This document shows, piece after piece, positions 13,012-25,369 of a stretch of DNA of 64,000 bases; the stretch's first letter is position 1, and each line of letters starts with the position of its first letter. The position numbers and the translations under genes are program-made. The stretch is taken from positions 2,480,001 through 2,544,000 of the forward strand of contig CM102289.1 in the NCBI GenBank assembly GCA_046563655.1. The letters run 5' to 3'. The notes below the pieces were generated by a model. It worked only from the letters and a program-made list of their open reading frames with translations, was not told the DNA's origin and made no database searches. The DNA is from Yuukianura sp. NJ FZ-2021. Its lineage: Eukaryota.

Positions 13012-14407
13012 CTAAAACATTTGCAGCAACATAATAGTGTTGGTGACGACAACTGATAGAAATGTGAGGACCGTTGAAGAAGAAATACCGTAAAATTCAC
13101 CACAGCAGAACTGCACATGCGTAAAACCTTGTAGAAAGCTTTTTAGATGCTTTAGTTCCGACGCATTTTTTCCAAAGTTGTATGCTACAACGTGCTTTAA
13201 TGATTTTTTCAATGTTAACGCCAAAGTGTGTACTCTACCCATCAGGATTATCATGGCGAAAACTCGTGCTGCAGGGAGAATTGAGGCTACTACAATTGGA
13301 AGCATGACCTCGAGTGGCATTTCATTTGAATATTTACCAAAAATATAAAGTGAGCTACACACCGTTAACATTACAACAACATTAAAGAAGAAAACCATGT
13401 GTGCAAATATCCGATTGTACAAGGAAACAATGTTTTGAATTTTTCTGTACACGTACATCATGCCTTTAAGTTTTGCAATTCCTGCTTATTGATTCCAAGC
13501 ATTTGGCAAGTCTTAAAGCGAAAGTCAAAAATAAAATGTCAAAAATTCCGCTTTGTAGCCAAAATATTTCAAAAAATATAACAGTTTCGAAAGAGTGAGG
13601 ACGTAAATGACGTTGCATGCAACTGAAGGTTCCAAATGCTGTAATCCAAGAATCCAATAAGAATGCCCGGATGTCATTATGCCTGCAGGTTTGAAGGGAG
13701 ACGCTGCAATTGGCACAATACATATCACCAGTTGAAACGCAAACAGCCTATGTACTGTCTTTTTTCCACTTGCGGCAAAATTACTATCGACTTCTTGACA
13801 TTCCGCTAGAAATGTAATTGAATAAAATCAAAATAAAGTTGAATGCACAACAAAGATTTCACTTCAGTGTTAAAAATTTCAGATTTCGGACTAGGTTTCA
13901 AAAAATTGACTTCGAAATTTTAAGTTCATGGTGTACATCGGTTCTGTTATAAGTTTTGTTCAAAATTAAAATCGACATACCTGAGTTCCAGTCCATAAAT
14001 TGTTCCTCCAAAACATGCCAGTTGTTAAGAAATGTTACAAATTGCTTTCCATTTCTTCTTAAAGTAAAAATCCAAGTAATAATGCAACCCAACTCTAAAA
14101 GGTAGACGATCGAAACCCCGTTTAAAAGTGATTGGTTGTTTTTCAAATACAAATTTTCAAAAAACCGCCGAAAAATTAGTAGACTTCGCAAAATAATGTA
14201 GCAGAAGACGCCCAACCCAAAAATTGTCCAGCCTTTACTTTGAATTTGCTGCACTCCAACGAATACTTTCTTTGTTTCCGTACTTTCTGATGTGCTGGTC
14301 CAACCTTCTCGGCTCGGCAAAGCATAAATGAATTCGAGCGGGAAAATTCATGCGTATCGTTGTAATTTAAAAATAGAACAACAATGTTCAACAGTTGATT
14401 TGTTCAT
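13012..14407 (-). pseudogene. GR-like copy 4 pseudogene (paralog of copy 2)
   Basis: In-frame TGA at 14350-14348 (GGA in copy 2), frameshift near 13590, deletion plus frameshift near 13465-13490. Confidence 0.85.
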
Positions 14408-14914
14408 CCTGAAATTAGGAACAGCACTCTTGGAGATGAAAAACTGTATAAGTTTTATTTGTTAATAGAGAGACTGTTACACTCGAAGTGTGATACAATA
14501 AGTGTTGGTCTAGATCTTAATCTTAAGCGCTTTTTGTCCTAAGACGCAAGCTAGAAGAAAAGTGCAATTAACAAATTTGTTAATTGCAAAAAAAAGGTTT
14601 TATCGATTCGTAAAACAATCAAACTAATTGTGTACAGCGGGGCGTGGCTTAGATGCAGTCAACAAAAGTTATTGTATTCTTGTAACATTTAGTACTTTAT
14701 TCAAACCAATCCACTAATTAAACATTTTCAAAGCCGTATCGAAAGAGATGCTGCAAGCAATTGTCAAAACATTTATTAAAAAAAAACTCAATTTTCCACT
14801 GTTTTGGTATTGCAAGTGTTTAGAACTTCTACCTTAATTGCAATTAATTTTCAATCCATATTTTTTTTTACATAATTTTATCAAGTTTTTAAATTTAGGT
14901 TTGAATTCACAAAA

Positions 14915-16384
14915 TTAAAACATTTGTAACAACATAATAGTGTTGGTGACGACAACTGAAAGAAATGTGAGTACAGTTGAAGAAGAAATACCGTAAAATT
15001 CCCCACTCCAGAACTGCACAGGCGCAAAACCTCGAACAAAGTTATCAAGTTGTTTTTGTTCTAGTGTTTCATTTCCAAAGTTGTTTGCAACAACTTGTTT
15101 CAATGATTTTTCTAACGTCAAAGACAAAGTATGAACTCTACCCATTAAGATCATCATGACATAAAATCGCATAGCAGGAATTAAAGCGCTAAGTGCATAT
15201 GGAAACATAGCTTCAATTGACATTCCTTTTGAGAATTTAGCAAAGACGTACAGTGTGCCGCACATGATGGTTCCCCCACTAATTTTATGAAACAAAATAA
15301 AATATGCAAACATGCTGTTAAAAGAGGCAACAAGATTTTGAATTGTTCTGTATGCGTTTATCAGGACGTCAACGGATGCTATTTTTGGAATTGGCTCTGT
15401 TTTGCTTAGTTGCCGAAATTCAGTTTTCTGCAACGTAGATTCTTTTATTTGGTTTGAGAATGAAATCATTGATTTCAGACATTTCACAATTCGTAAAAGG
15501 AAAGTCAAAAACGCAACGTCAAAAATGGCAATAGAAATCCAAAACAATTCATAAAATACAAAAGTTTCCAAAGACGTAAGATTGTAGATGGCGTTGACTG
15601 TAACTGATGAATTGAAATGATGTAAGGCAAAAACCCAAAACGAATGTGTTAGTTGCAATACGTCTCCGGGTTTTACAACAAAACCAGAAATGGGAACCGT
15701 GTATGTCAAAAGCTGCAGCAGAAAAAATCTACGACTTATCCTTTTTGCACTTGTAGAGAATTCGTTCTCGGAATGTTGCCATTTCGCTGTATTAATTTAC
15801 AAAGAAAGTGATATTAATAATTATTTAACTAAACCAGAATTATTATTTTATCAAATTTAGCTTAAGCTTTAAGTTTAGATTTAGTTTCATCTAAATATAG
15901 TTTCAAATTTACTTTTGATGGTATATTTTTACATTAAATTTACTTTGGCTATACCTGGGCTACAGTCGATAAATTGTTGCTCAAGAATGTGCCAATTGTT
16001 AAGAAATGTAACCAATTCATTTCCGTTTCTTCTCAAGTTTAGAACCCAGCCAATAACACTAGCGATCTCCATCAGAAAGATGATTGAAACGATATTTAGA
16101 AATGGTTTGTTGCTTTTCGAAAAGAAAAAGCTCAAAAGAAAGTGTCCAAAAACACACAGGGTTCGCAAAACGAAGTAGCCGAAGACGACCGATGCAAAAG
16201 CTGTCCACCATTTGCTCCGATTTAGCTGAACTCCCATAAATACTTTATTGGTGTCACTTTTTTTTGTGGTAGCCGTCCATGCCTCTTTTGTTGGGAAATC
16301 ATAAATAAATTCAAGCGGGAAGATGCCAGCTAAACGCTGTAATTTCAAGATAATAATACTATGCTCCACTGCTGATTTGTTCAT
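14915..16384 (-). CDS. GR-like chemoreceptor copy 5, intact (16384-15955, 15786-14915)
   Basis: Conserved intron and motifs; closest to copy 3. Confidence 0.85.
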
Positions 16385-17045
16385 CTCGAACTTACAAACT
16401 CGACTCTTGTATGCGATCAATGGGTTTTAACTTTAAAAGTAATTTGCCGCACAATCTAAAATGTTTGGTAAAGTTTGATGTTTTGCAGTTTTGTAGAAAC
16501 TCAAGGTATTGCTTTAATAAATAGTTGGATCAATTAATATAACAATGCAACCAATTTGTAAAAATTGGGGCGTTCCTTTCCACCCCTTAGTGAATACAAA
16601 ACTGTTTCATTATTGTCGTTCCGGAGACAAATTTAAGTATTTTTCCAATTGGAAATTTATTGAAGCGGGAATTTATCTGCTAAGTCATCAGTAGAAATTT
16701 TTACGCAACTTAAGTTGATAGAATGTTGATAGATAGTTACAAATGTATTATTTAATTGTTCAGTGCAAATGTCCATCACATCGAGTTGGCATTAACTAAT
16801 TGCATTATAAATTAACAAAATGCTGATTCTTTTTACTTAGAAATTTTGAAGGATTACAGTATTGTACATTTGTGTTGAAACTTTTTGCGAAAAACTAATT
16901 TGGAGGTAATGTGTGGGCTTAACAGTAAAGCATTCGAAACTAAAACTCTATCAGTTTCGAATACTTTCTAAATGCTTTTCACTAAACAAAAATGTTCGTA
17001 AAAGTTTTCATGAGTTTGCAAATTTTGTGTGAAAAATTACGCAGA

Positions 17046-18765
17046 CTAAACCATTTGCAGCAACATAATAGTGTTAGTGACGACAACTGAAAGAAATGTG
17101 AGAACAGTTGAAGAAGAAATACCGTAAAATTCCCCAGAGCAGAACTGCACTGGCGCGAAACCTTGTAGAAAACTTTCAAGATACTTCAGTTCCAGTGCGT
17201 TACTTCCAAAATTGTTTGCAACGATTTGTTTTAACGATTTTTCCAATGCTAAAGCCAAAGTGTGAACTCTGCCCATTAGGATCATCATGGTGCAAAACCG
17301 TAATGCAGGTATGGATGCGCCAAGTGCATATGGAATCAAGTCTCCAATTGATACTCCTTTTGAAAATTTTGCAAATGCATAAAGTGTGCCACACATGCTG
17401 AGTACTGCAGCAATGTTAAGGAAAAGAACAAGATGTGCAAACATGCAATTAAAACAGGTTACAAGCTTTCTAATTTTTTTGTACACGTAAATCAAACCAC
17501 TAAGTTGTGATATTCCTGGAATTGGTTGTATTCTAGGTGGTTGAAATTCCATTTGTTGTGGAGTAGCCTCTTTCATTTGGTTTGCAAATAGAATCATTAA
17601 CTTTAAAGACTTTGCAACTCTTAAAAAGAAAATGGAAAATGCAACATCAAAGATGCCAATTGGCATCCAAAACAATTGAAAACATACAAATGTCTCCAAT
17701 GACGTCAGAATGTACATGGCATTGCTTGTTTCGGAAAGTTCCAGCTCCTGAAATCCAAAAATCCAGTACGAATGTGCCGTAAACATGATAGCTTCCGGTT
17801 TTAAAATAAGAGTGAGAGTGGGCATCGCGTATGCAATTAGTTGCAGCGACCAGAACCTGCGTAGTATCGTTTTCCCGTGTGCAGAAAATTCGCTTTGGAA
17901 TTCTTGATATTCCATTGCGTCTACAGAAATTCACATAAGAAATTGAACTAAAAGTCAATCAAAGTTTTGATTTCTCAATATCATCCGGCGTTTCATTCCT
18001 GTTTACTTTTAAATTGCCACTTTAAGGACGCCAAATTTTGATTACAGAGAAGTCTCTCACTTATGAAATGTAAAACCAATGGCAATTCAGAATACAAAAC
18101 TTGAAGGATTACCGTAAATCGAACTTATCGGTAGACAGATAACATGAAACCAAAACTACAAATGGGTGGATTTTGCAATAGAAATAGTAGACTAAGGGAA
18201 TTTTATGACCCCCCGTTTATGCAATTGCCATTTCTTTTGTATTTTGCACAAAAGGAATGGCAATTGCAAAAATTTTGCACATTTCATAAGTGGGAGACTT
18301 TACTGTATTACTATTATTTATTGAAGTAAAAGGAATACCTGAGGTCCACTTCATGAATTCCTGATCCAGAAGATGCCAGTCGTTAAGAAAGGTGACGAAT
18401 TGAGATCTGTTAATGCGTAACGTTAAAAGCCAGGAAAGACAAGAAGCAAACTCTATAACGAAAATGATAGAAATGACATTTAAAAGTCGGTGGTTGTTTT
18501 CCGAGATGAAGTTGGGAAGAAAATGGCCAAAAATAAGTAGGCCTCGCAAAAACATGTAGCATAACACTATCAATGCCCAAGTTGTCCAGAATTTGCTTTG
18601 ACTCTGCTGCACGCCGACAAATGTTTGCTTCGTTTCGATTTTTTCAGACTTAGTTGTCCAAGTTTCGCGTGTTGGCGAAGCGTAGATTAATGCTAGCGGG
18701 AAAATTCCTGCCAACCGCTGCAATTTCAAAATAGAAATGCTATACTCCACTGTTGATTTGTTCAT
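17046..18765 (-). CDS. GR-like chemoreceptor copy 6, intact (18765-18339, 17920-17046)
   Basis: Conserved phase-1 intron, C-terminus TNTIMLLQMV. Confidence 0.85.
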
Positions 18766-19160
18766 GCTGAAACGGCAGAATTAAAAAAAAGATGTTTCTT
18801 ATTTGCTCAAATCGGCTCCGCTTTTTTAGAACGTAAATAATTGCCACCGTCGTCCTCGGAATGTAAAGGTTAAATGTTCACATTAACCTCATTGAAACGT
18901 AGTTTTGATCCTAACGCTGACGTGTTTTGTGCGTGTAACGCTTTGTTAGTAATTACAATAGGCTAGATCGATTAGTACAACACTTGAACAATTTAATTTG
19001 TGTAAATTGACGCGCAACCCGACCATTATTAAATATTTTGTATTTCAGAAATTTTCTTTGCTTTTTAAGTTACTACGTTACAATAAAGAATATTCGTTAT
19101 AAGTATACGTTACAGTAAGTTTTCATGGGCGTGCTAGTTTTGTGTCAAAAATTTATCAAC

Positions 19161-20527
19161 CTAAAACATTTGCAGCAACATAATAGTGTTAGTGACGACA
19201 ACTGAAACGAATGTGAGAACAGTTGAAGAGGAAATGCCGTAAAACTCCCCAGAGCAGAACTGCACTGGTGCGAAACCTTGTAAAAAGCTTTTAAGATACT
19301 TCAGTTCCAGTTCGTCATTTCCAAAATTGTTTGCAACAACTTGCTTTAAAGATGTTTCTAACGCTAAAGCCAATGTATGAACTCTGCCCATCAGGAACAT
19401 CATGGTGCAAAACCGTATGGAGGGAATGGACGTGCCTATTGCATATGGAATCATGGCTCCCGTTGGCATTCCTTTTGAAAATTTTGCAAATGCGTAAAGT
19501 GTTCCACACATGCTTACTACTGCGATAGTGTTAAGGAAAAGAACATGGTGTGCAAACATGCAATTAAAGGAGGTAACAAGGTTTCCAATTTTTTTGTACA
19601 AGTAGATCAAGCCGCCAAGATTTCCTATTCTTGGAATTGGTTCTATTCTAGGTGGTTGAAATTCCATTTGTTGTGGAGTAGCCTCGTTCATTTGGTTTGC
19701 AAATGAAATCATTAACTTTATACATTTTGCAACTCTTAAAAAGAAAATCGCAAATGCAACGTCGAACATGCCAGTTGACATCCAAAATAATGCAAAGAAC
19801 ACAAATGTCTCGAAGGACGTGAGAATGTACATGGCACTGCTTTCAAAGCAAGGTTCCAACTGAAACCCAAAAATCCAGTACGAATGTGCGGCAACCATTA
19901 CAGCTTCCGGTTTTAAAATAAGAGTAACAATTGGCATCGTGTATGTCATCAGCTGCACCGACCAGAGCCTGCGCAGTAGCGTTTTCCCATGCGCAGAAAA
20001 TTCAGATACGAATTCCTGACAGTCCATTGCATCTAAAGCACAAAAACTATTGAACTGCGCATATAAACTTTGCAATTATCGATTCAATGAAAATAAATAC
20101 CTGAGATCCACTTCATGAATTGTTGATCGAGAAGGTGCCAGTTGTTAAGAAATGTAAAGAATTGGTATCCATTCATGCGTAATGTTAAAACCCAGGAAAG
20201 AATAGCCGCGTACTCTATTACGAAAATGATAGAAATGACATTTAAAAGTGGGCGGGTCTTTTCCGAAATCAAATTGTAAAGAAAATGACCAAAAACAAGT
20301 AATCCGCGCAGAAACATGTAACATACGACGATCACCGCAAACATTGTGCAGCATTTGCTTTGACTCTGCTGTACGCCGACTAATGTCTTCTTTGTTTCGA
20401 TTTTCTCAGGCCCAGTTGTCCAACGCTCCCGTGTTGGCGAAGCGTAGTTTAATTCCACTGGGAAAATTCCTACCAACCGTTGTAATTTCAAAATAGAAGT
20501 GCTATACTCCAATGTTGATTTGTTCAT
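19161..20527 (-). CDS. GR-like chemoreceptor copy 7, intact (20527-20101, 20032-19161)
   Basis: Conserved phase-1 intron; closest to copy 6. Confidence 0.85.
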
Positions 20528-21760
20528 GTTGAGGAGGCAAAATTAAAAATATGACGCTTCTTAGCGGCTCCGTGGTTTTCGTAAGTTTTTGAGTCCAACC
20601 TCCGTGCTCGGAATGTACCTAGAGGAGCATTTCGTTTGGGAAGTCCCCAAATGTTTGCTTTACCTTAACGGTTAATCGATTAACCTAACAGTAATTTTCA
20701 ACCTAAACTCTTTGATGATTAGCGCAACACTTGAAATATATAATTTGCAAAATTGAGGCGTACCCCCAACCTTATCGATTATTGACTATTTTCGGTCCTT
20801 TCAGTCTTTTATTTGCACTTTTTTGTTTGTTTTTTTTTTATTTATTCAAGAAATCCCCTAGATAAACATTTAGATGACGAGGGAAAGGTAGCATAGCGTT
20901 TGGCAGGTACAGAGATGTTAATCTTCAAGTTCAAGGTTAACTTGAAAAACTATGAGAAATAACACATGGGACGTAGCCGAACATTTTTTACTTTGAAATC
21001 GTAATATCGAAAACGTCATTTTTTATACTGAAAAATGTTTTTTTCTTTCACAAAATGTTAATGTCAAATCATGTGGTTATTATTATTATTTCTTGTAAAA
21101 GTTGGCAAATTTATAACGCGTCGTCGGATACAATGGCGGTGGCGGTCACCAAGCCTTACGGCAACCGATAGATGCAGAGCTTTCCGAGTAATCAGTGTAA
21201 TAGTTCCACATACAATTTTTACGGAAAATTTTTTGTGTTCAGGTAAGGATTAACTACACTTGTGTTGTAGCAGTAAATCGTAGCTACGAATACCATTTTC
21301 TGTGGCTATGACAAGAAACAACGGTAGAATGGCAACGCTTATATCCGTTTAACTTAACATGAGAAAGCAACTGAATGTTCCCAAACAATGTATGTATGTA
21401 CGGAATGGTTGTAACCGCTGGAAGACTATGCTATGCTTAGCGGCTGCTGCAATGATTATCGTCAATGGTAACTGCAACCACATTTTGAATTCAGAAACTC
21501 CTACTTTTACTAGAATTTACTGTTTTTAGTCAGCTGAGTTCTTCATGACATCGTTATTGTTGTCGCCTGCCATTACCATCTCCTAACGACTTGTTGTAAT
21601 CCCAAATTAATTGGCTGACTCGTTGACATCGGCGAATTGGTAAGTTGAACTGCATTTTTCATTAACCGGTTAATGCAATGTAACAGTATAATATGCCCTT
21701 GCTTTGTGTACTTTGTCTGAACGTTTCGTTCTCGCAGACAGCAGTAGTGAATCGATTGCA

Positions 21761-23836
21761 ATGGCTCCCGACGTGGGAATTCTTCGGGCGGTGTCGAAAA
21801 CTAACCTGGACGATGCTCTCGGAGTCTTGAGAGGCAACAAAATCCTAATTATTGAGTCCAAACTCACGCCAACGTTGGATTTAATCGCTAATTATCAATT
21901 CTTGAGGTAAATTTTGCCTTTTGTTCTTTGAGGTCGTCATGAAATACAACTCAACGGTGATTATAATCAACTTTTTGTTTTCTTAGAGATCATGGAGTGG
22001 TGAAAGTACTTTATCTGGAAGCAGGCGAAGTCCCACAGCCAACCCAAGATTGTACACAGGCTCTTTACTTCATTCGATCCAGTCTTGTCAGTGCCAAATT
22101 GGTTTGCGATCAGATTAACAGCAACAATTGCAAATTGAAACCGGGAGCAATGACTTACGGCGTTGTTGTGATTCCTCGTAAACTGCACATAATCACTGCT
22201 TTGTTCGAAGCTGAAGGAGTGTACGGATTAGTCAAACTGGAACAGTATGCCCATGAGTTGATTCCACTCGATGACCATATTCTGTCCCTTCAGTTTGATG
22301 ACATTGTGTCAAATTTCTGGCTGCATCGTGACACTTCATATCTTCCAGCAGTTGCAAGGTCAATATTCAATCTACGGGGGATATTTGGAGAGTTTCCACA
22401 TTTGGTAAGGAACTGAGTGGGATATGTCGTTTGTTCATCGTTTTCCTCACATCTTATTCATTTTTTTTTAATAGATTGGGCTCGGTCCTTACTCCCGTTC
22501 ACTTGTAAACATAATGGATGAATTTGAAGTTATTTTCAAAAACAGCCTTCCACGACGAAGTCAGTCGTCTGAAATTCCTACTGTGATAATTATGGATAGA
22601 GCTCTGGATATGGTCACTCCTCTACTCACTCCACTCACATATGAAGCCATGCTTGATGAAGTATTTGGAATCAAAGGGAAGATTATCACATTTGAATCAG
22701 ATGTTACCGGAAAACCAGAACCTGTAAAACACATGTTGACTTCTGCGGATGAAGTTTTTGAGAAAGTACGGAATCTCCACTTTTCTGCCGTTGTATCTCA
22801 ACTACTCACTGAATCCAAAAAGTTGAATGACGAACGGAAGCAGTGCTCCTCTGGCCTAATGGATGCCAAGTCCATGAAAGAATTTGTTGAGAAACGACTA
22901 AAATCTATTCAGATGTATCAGAAAACGTTAGGACTTCATCTCGGAGCATTAGACGTTATCATCAAGGCAAAAGCAAATCAAATCAGGAAACAAATGGAGT
23001 TGGAGGACAGTATCATTTCAAACAGTGGGCACAAGGAAATATACACTTTTCTGGAAGATTCAATGGCCAAGGGAACTGATCCAATTGCTATCCTTCGACT
23101 CATAGCGTTAACGACTTTGGCACAAGATGGAGTAAGGGATTGTCGTTCCATCAAGACCCAATTTATTCAGAGTTATGGCTTCAATCACTTGGCGACACTT
23201 CATAACCTTGAGAAAATGGAGTTACTGTACCCATTCCGTGGCGTGGAAGTTAATGCTAAAGGCGTGGCTCAAGTCCTGACGAAGGTTGTAAACACGACAA
23301 CTTCAAGTGTAACATCCTCAGGATCTTCTGGGAAGCCTGCAACAGTTCCATTCCAAACTGTACTCAAGAAGCTGAGTAAGTTTCGCTCAATTTTGAAAAA
23401 TTCAAAAAAGATTTTCAAGATTTTTTTTTTTAATTTTTTAGTACCGCCATCCAACGTGGAAGTTACTTTCGAGTCTCCTGAGCATTCCAGTTACGTGTTT
23501 AACGGCAAGTTTACTCCGCTGATTGGCAAATTAGTGGAGGAAATTCTTCCTGTACTGGCAGCTCCCAAAAACAACACTACCTTGATTGAAAAAAAGTTAG
23601 AAGATTTAATGAAATTTTATCACATCTCTGAGAATGTCGTCAGAATTAGCAAGGGAAGCGACGCATATGGACGTGGAAGGAATGCCTTAGTTTTCGTAAT
23701 TGGAGGCATCACACGAGTGGAAATTGCTGCCTTGCAACTAATTGGAAAGAAGAACGATTTGAATTTCAACATCATTTGCGGTGGAACAGATATTACAAAT
23801 GGAAAGAAAATCATTCAAGAACTCATGAATTTATAG
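21761..23836 (+). CDS. VPS33B: Vacuolar protein sorting 33B-like (Sec1/Munc18 family), exons 21761-21906, 21987-22404, 22475-23375, 23442-23836
   Basis: ELIPLDDHILSL, MDRALDMVTPLLTPLTYEAMLDEVFGI, SYVFNGKFTPL, VFVIGGITRVEIAAL are Vps33 motifs; LIIESKL..LDLIA and EGVYG favour the B paralog. Confidence 0.85.
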
Positions 23837-24535
23837 AAGAGTATTAAATTATGCTAAGGATTTTGAATTTTGATGAATTTAACGTCCACCAAACACATCC
23901 ACACCTTCATGACGTTCAAAATTTTCCACCGGTGAATGAAAGTAGAGACTTTCATCATCGGATTTGCCTGCAACTAGTAGACAGAACATGCCGCTTTTTG
24001 AAAACTCGAGTAGTTAGTAGTAGTATTTGGGCTACTTTCTTGAAATAATGTGTTTACATCTAAAAGTCCTGCAAATTATACATGCGCACTAAAGTTGTGT
24101 TAAGTATTTAGGTGATCCAGTAACATCCAAAGGTCATTTGTGTTAAATTTTAAGAGTTCTACCACATCCTCCCATTTTTTGTTTTGTCTATATTCGAATT
24201 AGTCGAAACTGAGGGGACGGACAGAGGGATGAGGGATGATGCAGAATATATGGAAATCCATAGCCTTCCGGGGTTATTCTGAAAGTTGCATTCTTGACAC
24301 ACAACTTTCGCCTTCTTTCGTCATTTTTTCTGCGTACTTGGAGGTGAATAGTGTATCACTCCCCACTTTTTCTTAACTGGAACTCGTTCTTTGCCGAAAA
24401 GATTTACAGTTTAAGAGAAAAATCACAAATTAGGTACTCTTTCAAGAAGTTTGGAAAAAAAATATTGCTTAAAGTCGAACATTGTAACTTTAGGTTTTAA
24501 ATTTTCAACCTTCTTTAACCGAGAACAAAATTAAG

Positions 24536-24879
24536 ATGAATAAATTGATTCTTCTTGTTGGATTGTTGGCACTCATGTATTTGACGGTAACAGTCCTCGC
24601 CGGAGTTGACGATAACAACTTTAAGTACTACGATGACTTTAAGAGGGTATGCAACAACGCAAATAATTAAATATTTATTGGAGGTAGTATTAAAATGTGA
24701 TGGGCAAGAAAGATCTTGGTGTAATTTTAACGAATTTTTCTAACTTTGGTTTCAAAATTTGTTTTTCGTTTTTTCAGTGCCAACTCAATGGAAATGGATG
24801 CAACAACAATCGGGACTGCTGTTCTGGGTCATGCATTGCTGGAGGACTCCTCGGATTTGGCAAAAAACGGTGTTGGTAA
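24536..24879 (+). CDS. Secreted inhibitor-cystine-knot (knottin) peptide precursor, 70 aa, exons 24536-24646, 24778-24879
   Basis: MNKLILLVGLLALMYLTVTVLA-GVDDNNFKYYDDFKR-CQLNGNGCNNNRDCCSGSCIAGGLLGFGKKRCW; C-x6-C-x5-CC-x3-C-x12-C. Confidence 0.85.
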
Positions 24880-25369
24880 ATGGACAATGTTTGACCGTTG
24901 ACATCAGCGATCTGTTCATAACACGGTTTTACGCAGACGCTGCCAAATTTTTCAGCTATAAATACTCAAATCAAGTATACTAGTTTGTTTTTCAAGTTTT
25001 TTTTTTTCGAAGCAACTCAAGAGCGTGGAAGAAAGAATTTCACCCATTTTTTATCCTAGATCAAATTTATTCGGTTATTAATAATATTAAGACACAGTTT
25101 ATACGACATTTACCGCTAAATAGTGTGAAATGAAGATTTAAATTTTTTACTACTATCGGTCCAAACACACAACATGTAGTTCCACGACCTATATTCTAAA
25201 TTGAGAAATAAAGTCAACACTAATTTCAGGAAACGCGTTCAACGTATTAAAACAGAAAGGGCAACTTTACTCTTGCACGCAGTATTATACCAGTTGTACT
25301 ACTTTGATGACACTTCCTCGGCATTTACCGTCTATTAAATGATAATTAGTAAATAATAATAATAGTATT

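Noticed and set aside
20870..21700. Possible small gene upstream of Vps33B with several splice-like sites
   Set aside because: No convincing spliced ORF could be built; may be UTR or non-coding RNA
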